This document shows, one piece after another, positions 38,769 to 52,442 of a stretch of DNA of 64,000 bases. The stretch lies in NCBI GenBank assembly GCA_026770705.1, contig JANJGN010000025.1, forward strand, positions 31,310,001 to 31,374,000, read 5' to 3'. The DNA is from Isurus oxyrinchus. Its lineage: Eukaryota. The position numbers and the translations under genes are program-made. How positions within the stretch are numbered: position 1 is the first letter of the stretch; every line of letters starts with the position of its first letter. A model generated the notes under the pieces. The model was not told where the DNA came from. It did no database searches and was given only the letters and a program-made list of their open reading frames with translations.

Positions 38769-39691
38769 GGCCCAGATCTTCTATCAGGATTGGAAACCCT
38801 ATTTCCAACCCAGATCAGACAAAAACAAAATGCATTCTTACCTACCTCCGATTATTCTAAGTCAGCTTCCAATGGAGGATCCTTCATACAATGCAGCAAA
38901 CCTTGTAGAGAGCACTGCAGAGAATCCACACACAAGCCAGGGCACCAGTTTACTGCACAGCTGCCATATTCCAGCATGTAAAGCGTTTAAATGTCCCAAA
39001 GCCGCTTTGAAAACAGCTACAGAGAGAACGTAAGCGTGTAAGGCAAGTGGGTAAGGGGGTATGGTGGGTGAGATAAATGGGTAAGGGGTAGAGTGGGCAA
39101 GGGGGTAGGCTGCCAGGTGGGTAGGGTGGCATGGTGGTGGGTGGGTGAAGTGGGTGAATTGGGCAGGGCGGCAGGTGGGTGAGTAGGTAGGTAGGTCAGG
39201 GATAGTTCGGTCAGGTCAGTGGAGTTGGGTCAGGTTGGGTCAGGGGGAGTTGGGGCACAGGTGAGAGTCAGGTGATGGGGGCTAGTCAGGTTGGGTCAGG
39301 GGGAGTCATGTTGTCAGGGTGTAGTCAGGTTGGTTTGGAGGGTGGGATGTCAGGGAGTGAGGGAGGTAGTCGGGTGGGGCAGTGTTCAGTGTGAGTGACT
39401 GGGCTGGTTGGTTGTATTATTACCCAGGTGTTGGGCTAAGTTTTTTTCTGTTTAACATTTCCTGGGTAACTACCCAGATAAATATTGTGGAACTGTCCGA
39501 GTCCCCGACTCTAACTTAAAGTTGGAGATGTTTTTGGAGGATCCTGGGGAGCAGGAGAATTGCCCTTCAGAAGTTCAAACCTCCCAGGCAATTCCCAAGA
39601 GTCCTTTTGTTGGGACTTTTGAGTGGTCCTGTAATGAATCATCCTTGGAGTGCCTGGTTGCTGACTATCCAGAAACCGGAAGACCTGAGCC
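38769..39691 (+). mobile_element. Most complete family X element
   Basis: TIR GGCCCAGATCTTC...GAAGACCTGAGCC, flanks TGT/TAT; G-rich array 39040-39415. Confidence 0.75.
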
Positions 39692-41135
39692 TATAGTATT
39701 TGAATTATTGGATATTTAATTAGTTTGTAACATTTGTATAATAGCTCTGACCTTGTTAGGCATGGACTAGCAATTATCAATAACATCAAATAAAGGACAG
39801 TCTCACTTAAGCGGACATCTGAACCCATCCACACAATCCCTTTAACTGCATGTGCTGTTTAAACATTCCAACAGTGAATACATATTATTGCTAATGATCC
39901 TCAACATGCTGGTTATAAATTTTAGTTTTTTTAAATATTCTTTAACATGACTGTAAATTGATGTTTGAAAAGGGCACTAGTTTTCTTGCTGGAGGACTTT
40001 CCATTTTAATAGGCTTGCTTTCAGTAAACATAAATATTATCCGTGTGAGCAGGGTAGCCCATAAATTCATCTCCATGTATTCTGAAATCATGCGCAAGGT
40101 CTTATTGCAGAGGTTACTCGATATTCTAAAATTCTATGTTTTCATGCATTTGTGCTCATCAACGCAAGGATTGACAGTATTGCAGAATTGAAATGTTTTC
40201 ATTTTGCACATGGTAACAGCGTCTAGCACAACCAAGAAACATATAAAATGAACTAAATGCAATTGGCAACTCTTTCTGCATTGTTATGACAGTGCACTTA
40301 GATCGCACACACACATTGAATATTAACATGCTTTTTGCTTCTCCTACACAGTTTGTCATCATAGTCTTTCTAATAAACAGATTAAAGCAATTGTACCAGA
40401 TCAGAGAACAGTTTGTGCTGCGGACTTGCAGCCAATTCATGTAGATTGCAACTGACCAGTCATTTCACTTCAAACTCTAAGAGAAAAGAAACATTCATCC
40501 CTTCTGATTAAGGTAAATTTGAGGTTAGGAGACAGTTTTTAAGAAACAAACTTCATAATAAAGTTTTAGTAAGAAATATAATTTAACTATTGCTCTATTA
40601 GTAATGCTGTTTCCTAAAATGTTATTACCTAATATTTTAGATAATATTATTATCTAAAATAATTATTTTAGGTAGAACTTAAATACTATTTGAGGCTAAT
40701 GCTTTCTTTCCTTTTTACAGCCCGTTATAAATTTAGGGATGATTTACTGAATTCTGACTTTGCTGGTCTCTGTCCTCAGACCTTGGACTGTTCTGTGACT
40801 ATAACCACAGATCAAGGGAAGGAATGTGTAAACAAGAAACTTTAACATTCCATTTGGTTAATTGATCCCAAATGCTGTCTTACATTGACTACCGGCGCAT
40901 ACACTTTTTTCTCCATTTATTTATTTGTGTTTCTTGATCAACTTTTCAAACAGCATTTACAGAATTCTGCATTGCTTGGTGTTACCCAGCGATCCATCCA
41001 AAAATACCTTAGAAAGAAATAAAGAAACAGCAACACCCTTTTCCTCCGTTCTTGTTCCTGGATTAAGATTTTCCCCATCAACCTAATAGCTGAACCACAG
41101 AAGCACTGACTGACATATGAATGCACAGAGATATG

Positions 41136-41383
41136 TAGGTTTGCCAACTCTGGTTGGGTGTATTCCTGAAGGATCTGCAGCATTCATCACATAATCTCCT
41201 GCCTCTAACCACCCCACTCAGTTAAACAGCTTTCTTTAAAATCAAGTCCTTTTTCTGGCTAATAAACAGAAGTGAAAAATACACACGTTTTTAACATTTC
41301 AATCGTTTTTCTCCCTGGATTCATGGAGATGAATATTTCATTCCTCAAGACTCCAGAGCAATCCAGGATCGTTGAGAACCCTG
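41136..41383. mobile_element. hAT-like MITE
   Basis: TAGGTTTGCCAAC...GTTGAGAACCCTG termini; degenerate 8-bp flanks GAGATATG/GAGACCAG. Confidence 0.55.
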
Positions 41384-43219
41384 GAGACCAGAAAGGTCCA
41401 AAGAACTTATTTGCTTCAATTTAAAGCAGTTGAAAATAAACACTTGAACAAATTCAAGTAATGTTAGCCTAATGAAAAAGCTGCAGAATATCTAATGAAT
41501 TAATTTTCTGGTTTCCAGATAAGTGCAAGAGGCATCATTTACTTATACATATTCTGGCATAATCATATTCATATTTTGCATTAAATATTGATTATTTTGT
41601 ACACAGTAATTCTGGTGCAATCTATGGCTTTTCAGAAACTTGTCTGGAAGTACCAGCAAGCATAAATTCTAGAATGCTTGAAACCAATGGCCATTGGTTC
41701 TGAATCCCTGAACTCCTCATTAGAATGGAGCTGCTTCAAATTAGATCTACAAGCTCAAACAATCTTTCATCTTTTTTGAATATTTGTGAAGATATTTTTA
41801 TTTCCTGCTAACTTCTATTGTGTCCAGTATTCTGTGGCTAAACTTGAGAGAAAATAAATGAACCAAGAGACAACTACTTTTGTACATCATATTTTTAAAT
41901 AAAACCTGGCAATTAGTGCTATAAAAATTCTTCCACCATAAATAAAGATTTACGTTTGATTTAGGGTGTATCCAAACTGACTGAGTCTGTGATCTGCACA
42001 GGGACTGCTAAGATATATAGCTAAGAACTAAGGAAACCACAAATGATTTAGCTGTGGCTTAAAACATATTATCTAAACCATTTTGTCCATTATAGTTATG
42101 AAGACAAATTTATTTTACCAGGTCATGAGTTCCCATCTGTATACATTCATACTTTAACATTTTCAAAAAAATGCGGGGAAATGAATCATTGCTGCATCAA
42201 AACAATAGCTTCTAAAAAAGACAACTTGCAACCAACAGCAAAAGAATGCACAATTTGAAATATTATGAATGAAATAACACTGCAACTCAAAGCTACTTGT
42301 GTGGAGGAACATTTATAGAATGCATGTTTATCTGCCTTTACCACATATGATTCCTGAAAAGGTAATGCAATAATGCAATATCACATTAGCTTCTAATGCA
42401 CTGGGTTGTTGCTGGCTAGATTGGCGACTGGAGAACTTATTCCCATGGCTTCTAATTTTCTGTGACAGTGAGCATGGAACAAAAAGTCAGATTGTTTTAT
42501 GCTCATAGTTTTATCTGATGATGTTTTGAGCTTTGTGTGATACTTTTAACTTCAACTCTTACCCTGATTAGTTCTTCAGCTTTATGGGTCTTGCTGAACA
42601 CTAGAATTGCGACTATTTTGAAAATGCATGGTACTGGAAACCTGTTAACATACAGCTAAGTCTTTGTTAACTAAATATTTTGATTGCAGTTTCACAATAC
42701 AGTATCCATCCAACATAGCTCGAAAGTTCCAAGCTACAAAGGAATCCAGTGCTCATAATGCAAAAGAACTGCAGGAGGCTTAAATAAGCCAGCATCTAAT
42801 ACCCTTAAACAATCAAATTAGTTTGTTTGTGTTAGAACTCAAATTGTCTGGAACATTTGCCAAACAAGCCCTTCAGACTCAATACATTATCACATTGTTT
42901 TTTTGAAATATCTCAGTCGTGTAGACAATTGCATATGAAAATTTAATTGCTTAAAGGCATGATGGTTAACTGATGTTCATTCTTTATCTTAGCTATTTGA
43001 AGATTGCAGCAGTAATCTGACAACCTAAAACAGGAATACTGTAAATATTGTGCTTTCTCTCCTCTGGCAGTTTACTGTGGTGATCCTTAATATGGCACTT
43101 TGAATTTGAACAATCAATGATAATTTACTACCTCCAGTGTATAGGAATATTGCAAGGTTAATATGGTGGAATTGATTCTTTTTCATTTTAAGTACCAATT
43201 GTGATCTGATGTTGATAAG

Positions 43220-43455
43220 ACATTGGTAGCCATCATTAGCAGCCATGCCTCCAACTGCTTGGGTACTAAACTCTGGAATTCTGTCCCTAAACCTCATGGC
43301 CTCACCATCTCTCTCTGTCCTCCTTTAAAACCAGCCAAGCTTTTTGGTCACGCGTCCTAATAGGTCTACATGGTTTGGCACTAAATTTTATCTGATAACA
43401 TTCCTGCAAAGTGCTTTGGGTTGTTTATTATTTTCAAGGCACTATATAATGTTGT
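43220..43455 (+). mobile_element. L2-type LINE 3' end (last recognisable TE before the gene)
   Basis: CTCTGGAATTCTGTCCCTAAACCTC...TTTTGGTCAC...AAGGCACTATATAATGTTG. Confidence 0.6.
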
Positions 43456-46400
43456 GAAAGTCCTATGTGAAAAACACATTAGCCTGACCCTGAGTGGACA
43501 TGGGCCCAGAAATCAAAACTGTCAAAACTTATAACTATTGCCATAAAGTTGTTAAGATAGGCCAAAGGAAAGTGAGAAAACATCACACTGGTGTAATTGG
43601 AAGTGCTCTTCTAAACTGGGTCCTGAAGCACATTATTGGGAAGACTGTGGGAATCTATATTCCCTATCATAACACACTGAGCATTGGTGCTGACATTGGT
43701 TCCTGAAATGGAAAATTGTTACATGAGCTAAAATGTTGTACTTCATGGCCAGAAAATAACTGGAGAGTATAATTCCCAGGGGCCTCTTTAGGGGTCTTTA
43801 CTATGGTGAATGTGATGACCATTACTTTGGGACAATGGACATTGTAAATGTTTGGGTAAGAAACAAGGAAAGCAACTGGGACTGAGAGCAAAAGTACATT
43901 TAAAGATATGTTCAATGATATGTCTGAGACAGATCATTTGATGATTCCATGGTGTACAAAAAGTACAAAAAAAATGGATGACATCAAAGATAATGTGTTA
44001 AACAATCCGAGGGACAATATGAAGCCCCAGAAACAGACACTGGAGCATCTGGTAAAATGAATAGGCAAATCCAGCTGAATTGAAGTCAATGTTGAACATT
44101 CAAAATGTTGCTTGTGTTTAAAAGCCCAAACGTTTTCTTTGATATTCACTACTCCTTTCTCCAACAAGATGACATCTATTTACATTCCACAATTTGTCAA
44201 GGTACATACATGGATGCATTGAATTATGTGTCATCATTAAGAATTTTAAAATATTTCGCTGATCTATGGAGATAGAAACTTGTTCGAACTTACTGTAATA
44301 AAGCCATCCCTATCTTTTATAAAACTGTTCAAGATAAATTATTTTTGATAATGTATATTGAACAGCAAAGTCACATAGGTTTCTGAATAATAGTTGAAAT
44401 GTTCAGAATATTCTTTGCATAAGAAATCTCAGCAGAAATTAGGTGTGCTTAAACTATCATTTTAATTACTGATTATACAATGAACAAAGGTGTTTTTTCA
44501 ATGAAATATCAAATGATATCTCTTCACTTAGCTTTGCTCCTAATGGAATCCTGGTAGAAACACTCATGAAGAGCAGGCTGATTACTGATGTACTCGTCTT
44601 CAAGGGTATTCAAAACTGCAAAGTATAAGATGTGCAACTTAAATCAAAGTGTTACAATATTATGATCAGTAGTTACATGGAATAGGTTTTTTTCTTAACA
44701 CATGCTGCTGGTCCCAGGCTGTATTGCACTGTTCAAATATTGCACAACAATGCAGCATCTTTCAATTTGGTTAAGACCAAACTTTTTTTCAAGGCTTCCT
44801 ATATATATATAATTTGTTATTTCACTCTTCCCTCCTACATAACCTTTATAAATGCTTTAGCTGGAAAGGATTTTTGTTTGAAATTAAAACATTCTTTTTT
44901 TGCATGAGATGCTGCACTATTATCAAAACAACATTGCAGATTATAAAGGTGCAGGTTTATAAGTAGTTTAACTATTGCATGATTTGTGCTTTATTTTATT
45001 TTTCTAAATAAATTAATATTTGACAATATCATCCTCTTCTTTGCATGCTGAATGTAAACAAACCTGTTATTTCACACATTAATGAATATGAGAAATTCAA
45101 TTGCAATGTTAACATTCATTGGTTTTACAGATGTATGCAGTGAGATATAGCCAGGGATGTACTAGGCTTGTAATTTGGTCTATGAATAGGGACAAGTTAA
45201 ACAAGTTTAAATTCAGCAGTGCTATAACAGTTACTGTGGTTAAACACATGCCTTTCAGATGTAAAAAGGATTGCATAATAATTAGATTATCCCATGAGTG
45301 AAATTTCCTAACTGAAGTTCAACAATTTAAGAGGAGCACATATTGAATCTTCTGCCTCTAGTGACAGATTGACATTGACCCCACCTTGCCTAGATAAGAA
45401 AGGAAAGAAATTTCACAGGTGTGATATTCTCTAATGCTTTATGTGAGAAAATGGGTCAGTTTATGGACTATGGCCAATTTCATTATTGTATCCAAATTGA
45501 CTCAAGTTGGTCAGAGGCTCTGAGATGGGACAGGAAGTCGATTGTTAAAGTGCTGGAAATACGTTGCCTGGTTTCTGAAATAATCAGACTACAGTCAGAT
45601 TTAATTAATTAGATTAAAACTAGGGTTTCAAGGAAAATACAGTTGGCATTTTAGCCAGGCACTGTGCAGTTTACAATGGCTCCTCTTCTTCGGGAAATCG
45701 GGCATGCAATCCTAAAACAAAATAAAGAAATATTTATTTTGTCGTCGATTTCATCATCTCAAAGTATAATAATACGATAACTGCGAAGATAAATGTTTTA
45801 TTACGATAACGTTACATAAAACACGCATGGGACACCTTTCTTGAGTTTTCTGCCTCCTTTTGGGCAACCTCATTGATCTAAGTCTGGAGCTATTGCCTTA
45901 CACCTGTTAAAAAGAGATATGTGTAAAAATGTGACTGTGGGATCCATAATTTGAATTCAACAATTTTGCACTACATTTTACAATTTGCAACTCATGCACA
46001 CTCATATTCTTAAATATTAATTTGAAGTGTGCTGTAAATTGGCAGACGATTATCTTTATAAAACCAAGTATAATGCATTTCCCTCTACCTTTAGTATAAC
46101 AATGCTATAAAAACTGTCACTTTAAAACAAAGTATTGTTATTGCATATGTTTCTGACAACATTTTACATTTTCAGTTCAAGTGAAGACAAAGTGCACTGT
46201 GGTTGGTCGGATACTGCGAAGCAAGTCTGCTCTATAAAGGATATGTTACCAATTTTTAATATTTTAATAAAGCTAAAACATTCATCACTCTTGCCAAATG
46301 CATTCGCTTCTTTCCAGCGCTGGCCATAATAGACTCGCGAATTAATTGGTAGGGAGAAAAGGAGTATTTTCCAGCTTTAAATTAACCATGGTCAAAATGA

Positions 46401-47421
46401 TATTTGAGTCAACATATTTGGGAGAAAAGGCTGCATTCAATGTCGAATTCGCAATGAAGTCCTAGATTTGTGTATAATGAATTCGAGTACTGTACTGTTA
46501 AGTAATCCTTCTCTGTTATATTGCATTCTTTGCCAAAATCTTAGCAATACAAATTGCATTTATTCAAGACTTTCTAATAAGAAATAAAGCTCCACAACTC
46601 GCACAATATATCACATTTCCCATTTTAATCACTAATCCAAACAGATGAGACACAATTGCTTTTATTTCTGACCAGTCCCAATACGTGAAAGGCGCAAAAA
46701 TGTTTCGAGGTGAAATGATGCTCTGAATCCAACTGCAGTTTAACTTTGCATGTTTAGTTTTTTTTCTGTTCCATTCACTTGCCAAGTCCACAGTTATGGA
46801 GGTTGCTGCAAGGTTGGGGAGTTGAGCAAACGGATCTTAAAGCAGCAGTTTCTAATGGATCTCAGATCCAGTTCACTATCTGTCAGGGAATCAATGCTAT
46901 CAGCTAAATTCACAACACAGCTACACTAAAAGAACTTTTTTCCTCTCGCAAGTCATACATTGTCCAACTGACTTACGCCTGCAGCGCCCCCCTTGAAATT
47001 TCACACGGCGATCTCTGGCCATTCTAATTATCTTGCAATATCAAAATGCTTAACGTTCAGGAAATTTGATCCAGACCTGAACTGCAACTTCTGAGACAGG
47101 TACTCTAGTGAACCGCTGTGATGGAGGAGCTGTGCGTAAGGTGACAGGCACTTCTGTGAAAGCACCGAATCTTACAATGCATATGCAAAGTTATTATTCT
47201 ATTACAGACTTTACCGCCGGCTTTTATTGTGGTCCCTAAACTCCTGGCATGAAGGATATGTTATATTTTCTCCTTACAGCTATTTCCATCACTGGAGAAG
47301 GAGGTAGTTAAATAATACACACATTTCTGTCGGCTGCTATTGATCATAAATCAGCGATTTGAATAATGCTGGCTTAGAATTAAAGGGTAAGCATAATATT
47401 TCAAATAAAGCCACGCAGAAT

Positions 47422-47443
47422 GGGGGGGGGGGGGGGGGGGGGG
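47422..47443 (+). repeat. Poly-G run (22 nt)
   Basis: Direct read. Confidence 0.9.
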
Positions 47444-50400
47444 AGGCTGTTTATCCATTTGACATAAATGCAAGGTTTGCCCAAAAAAAGAAATCAAAAG
47501 TAGCTCCGTTTGAAACAAACATGCTTTAATTATCTTACGAAGCTGATTTCTGCACAACATAATTTCAGGTTTTGGAAAGGGAAAAAATACTAATTAAATC
47601 TAGTATCCGAGGACTGGAGATGTTTGATAACTAAAATCTTCATCAGCAATTTATCTTCCTGGAGCATAAATTTACTGCAAAGCTGTGCTTTCATAGCTCT
47701 GACGAGTCCTATTAATCTTCTTCACCAAGTTTTCGATAGGAGTCTACAGCTATTTGCGCCATGTGATCTGCTAACATCTAAATAGTCATCTAGAAGGGCA
47801 GAAGGGAGCTTCCAGCTTGAGCTACTCCGCCTGTGCAGTTCCAGTAAGAGCAGAAATAAAATCGACTACCCAAATCTATTTAATTCGAATTGATCAATAC
47901 TTTAATATCTTACACGGAAATGTTATGTGTAATATAAATGCCAATCAGAGGGGAGGGGGCACTTCAGGTTGGGCCATGTGATGTGCACAACATTATACAA
48001 AATACAGAAACAAAACTTAGCTATTATGCCTTATGGAGTTTTATTGATCAACTAGTCCGTTTATGAGCAGCTAGAATGCCAACTCATTAGCTGAAATAAT
48101 TAGGAAGCAGCAAAATTTCAGCAAGTAATTGCGTGCAATGGAATCAAGTAATCATGTTGCTTGCGCTAGGGAAGGATAGGGGGCTGTGGGTGGGGGCTTG
48201 CTCCTAGCCAGCCGTATAAGATAACAGGGCATCTAGGCCACTATCTTTTAAAAGAGCAGAATTGGGGCTTGATAAATTTGCCTGGATCAGTATATTGTTT
48301 CGGTTTGTTCATCCTGTGTCATGTAATGTCCAGAATCTCCTCTGATTAAATACTTATTCGAAAACAAGTTGAAGATCAAAAGCATATACAAAACTTTAAG
48401 TTCACTGATTTTGCATTTGGCATTTAAATAGTGTTAAGAAAAGGTGGTTTACAGAAAATCTTTTGTAGTGAATTATAAACAAGCACCCACAGACATAATA
48501 AATTTGATTGTAAAGTTCTGATCAGATAGCTAGCAGTCATTTTACGGAGATAGAAAATCACTGTGTAACCCTATTGCAATGTCACGCCATGGCAGAGTCA
48601 AACTTATCTCTTACTATTATCACCCTTACAAACTACATCTACTTTGGTTGTAAAGAGGAGAGGGAAGGGGAAAGGAAGAGATAGAAGAATGCTGGCGTTC
48701 TGCCTAAAGAGAAATCATTGAAACAAATTAATCCTTCGCCGGTTAAATTGACATGGCAATCCATCATCGCAGAACCTGCCTCTGAAAGCAATCTACTGGC
48801 TGCATGTTCTCAGATTGGCCCTGAGGGCACAGAGACAGATAGAGAAGGGGAAGGGGGGAAAAAGCGCATGGACCTACACCTTTAAATGAACAACAAAGTG
48901 TTTATGGAAGAAATGTAAAAACAATAAAAGAATCCTAAAAGTTCAGGCAGCACCCAAGTCGATGATTAATGAAAGTTAAAACGGACACTGAACTGACTGC
49001 TCACAGAGGAAGACAAGACAGACAGCAGGGGAAATGGGGTACCGTGTAATGCTTCCCACACCTTGAATAAACAATATGGTACTTAGGTTTTTAAAATGAT
49101 ACTGTCACAGAACCGTTAATTATTACTAAAACTGAATTAAAAATAAGCGGTTAGTATATCTAATCATCTTTAACACACAACAAAATAAACATATTTCAAA
49201 ATAAGCCATAAAATGCTCAGTTGTGTTAAACATGAATTGGAACCAGTTGCTAACAAGGGAAACTCCTATCGAGTGAGCAATAAATAGGAGGAGGGGGGAG
49301 TGATGCAAAGCTAATTTCGCACCGATATTACGGCGGCCTTGCTGAGTTTGGGGTTGGCGATGTGGGGGAGAGGCTGGTCATTTGCTGTGATGTTTTATCG
49401 AGGCTTGAGCCCACGTTTAGAACAAACTTGGGCTCAGGGAATGTCGTGTGAGATCCCCGAAATCAGAAGATGTGTGAAGTTGTGTGGTGAAAGGCTAACC
49501 GGGGACGCGAGTAAAAACCTTCAAACAATATATTAAGAGAAAAAGGCTGCAAGAACCCTGGCGTTTCCCCAATAATTAAAGCGGACAGTGACAAATTGGT
49601 TTACATCGGTAACACAAATCGTGTCTGCAGCAGTCTGGAAGCAACTACCAAAGTTAAAAAAAACAGCTTTTTGTAGTGTTTTTTTCTGAAAAGTTGAATT
49701 CTCGGAGCCTCAAATAAAAATGTGTGCTCCCATTGTCCAGATAGTAACAGGCTGGACATACATTCACTACACAAATGCCTTTATTAAATTCTATTTGCTC
49801 TCCGCTTCTAACCCTATACTCAGTCCTCACAATATCCATCATTTTGTTAACCAAACTTTCACTTTTTCCGCCGCAAATCATCTTTCTGACACCCCCTGTT
49901 GACAGCTCTTGTTTATTGTTTGTTTCTCGAGTCTGTGGGTATCGATCTCATTGCCTCGCTACCTTTCAACATCATTTATCGTGTAACGTGAGCGAATGCA
50001 AAGTGCGTCTCAAGTTTGGCCAGCTGAAGAAGGATTCAAAATAGACTTGGAGTAAGAAATCTACGTGCTGCCAATTGTCATCTGTGTGTTGGGTCGCAAA
50101 ATGTGCGGATTCTTAATTTTAATCGGTGTGCAAACGGGTAATATGTAGGGAAAGGCAAGAGGAATCTCTTGTACAAGCATTAATTACAAAAATCACCCAA
50201 CTAAAAATCAACAGAATTAATAACCTGGGATTTCACAATAATTCAAACACTATAAGTTATTTCTGAAATTCTAATCTCTATCCAGTTTTAAGATAATCTT
50301 GTCATTTAATCCTCTATTTTTTGATATCTTCGCTTTAGATCATACCTCAGAGAAGTTTATCACAAGAGAACTATCCACATTTCTCTACTTTCTAGCCAAA

Positions 50401-52418
50401 GAAACACCAATGAATTTCTAACATCCCTCTCGTCTACTCTAAATCTTTCCGCCTCACCTTCAAACTCCATCAGATTTGTTTTACGTGTTCATTAGCCTGG
50501 TTAACCTTTGCTATATCTTGGGCTGGTATGGGTTAATCAGGGCAGCACCGTGAGGCCTGGGGGTCAGAGGCGCCCATCTTGGGCTTGGAGTGCGGAATTT
50601 TTGCTGGAAGGTGAGGGTGAACGCATTCTCTCTCTCTCTCTCTCTCTTGCTCTCTATCACTATCATCCTCTCCACCTGCAGCTCTCAGTTTATCTCCAGG
50701 GAGTGCAAAACAGGAGATGACACTCTACAAATCGCTAATTAGACTTTCCCAGATACCTCGGGATGCGGTTTGCCTTTTCGCTTCTATGTAGTTTTATAGC
50801 TAAATATAGATAGAAGCTTAATTTATTTAAAATGTTAACATGCAGCTTTGCTTCGGTATCCTTTTTTTTAAAAGTGTATCTATTTACATCAATGTTATGA
50901 CACCTAGTATTTATCTGTGTATATGCATTGGAATGTATAGATATACTGTGTTCATATAGGGGGGTGTAACGCCCATCTTTTTTGCACGCTTTTGCTTTTC
51001 TTTTTTATATTTACACTTCAGCCAAATGGCAAATGATATTCACGGCACTGAAGCTTACACGGATATCTCCTATCCTCGCTCTCTCCCTATGTTCCTTTTC
51101 CCTAATTTTATATGACAGCCTGTTTTTTTTATCCTTAACATTACACTTTCCCCACTGTCAGAAATCACCTCCTAATCAGTGCCCATCGATTTTCGCACCT
51201 CTTTTCATTCTGTTATCCCCACATCTGAAACATGCCTTTAAAACCTCTCTCTTTACACACAATGATTTACCCCTTTGCTCTCTGCTCACCAGCGAAAAAA
51301 AACAATCGATATGCCCGTGTTATTTGTGTGTGATCAGTAAATATTTGGTCTGGTGACATCTTCAGCTTCCCTCCCAATCAATACAGGACCCAATAGGCGG
51401 CGTGCTGTAATCTGTAGACAACTACTGTCTCCATGGTGTACCTTTCTAGACCTTCTCGTTTCTTTACTCTCTGTTCCTGCTCTTCTGTTAAGATCAATTT
51501 CTTCTTGACTCAACCCCTGAGTCACGCCCAGTATCCCTTTAATCCGACACGATTGTTAATAAGCTAGTTGTCTTGTTATCATCAACTTTCCATTCATATA
51601 ACTGGGTGACTCTTATTCAGGCTAGACCGAACATAACCACTTAATAGCTTTATCCAGCACAGGCATTGATGCTAACCTGAATTTTTGTAGTGCCATGCAT
51701 TCACAAGACAGCATGTCCTGCAATCCATGAGTTGTGCTTATCTCCAACAATGCCATACATTCCTATATCTCGTTTTCTTTTTTAAAGCGGTATTAATTCT
51801 ATTTCCCAGCATTGAAGCCCAGAGGAGCAGTTGAGTTCGCACATCGACAATTATTTCAATGGGGACGCTTGCTAAAAGTGAAGTTTGAAATCAAGGAGAC
51901 ATTTCATTTTGAAATACAACGCTGCAGTGTTAACTTTTTTTTACATTGGCAAGTCCAGGGTGCTAGCATTACATTTGATCTGTAAGTTCCTTCTATTCCT
52001 TCTCAATTAGATCACAATATTATTTGCTTACACGTTAAGGATACGCCACTGGACTTCGCCCCAGCTAACTTTAAAGTGTATTTCTCCATCTGATATTGTT
52101 AAAAAATGAAACCAAGAGGAAACGGTTTTTCGTGGAAATGACTTCTTGTTAAACAGCGTCCTCACAATTTAACCACGCCAAGCCTTTTTGAGAAAATGCA
52201 TGGGTATGTGGCTGAGGTTAGCCTGCAGATATTAAACACCTAGAAAATCCAGTTAGCTTAGTATCATTATCAATTAAAATAGGGCTATATATATATAGGT
52301 GTGGCTTATGTTCAAATGCACTTTAAATTTCTCTCCCTCGTTTGGCCATTTTACTTGCAGATTTGCTCTTTATAAAATACAAAAGCAGCAAGAAATCGCC
52401 GCTGGACAAACGGCGCGT

Positions 52419-52442
52419 TATATATATATATATATATATATA
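52419..52442. repeat. (TA)12 microsatellite
   Basis: Direct read. Confidence 0.9.

Noticed and set aside
47699-47750. CTGACGAGTCC hammerhead-ribozyme-like core
   Set aside because: A TCCTAT/ATAGGA stem exists but is not followed by the required GAAA, and stems I/III are not evident
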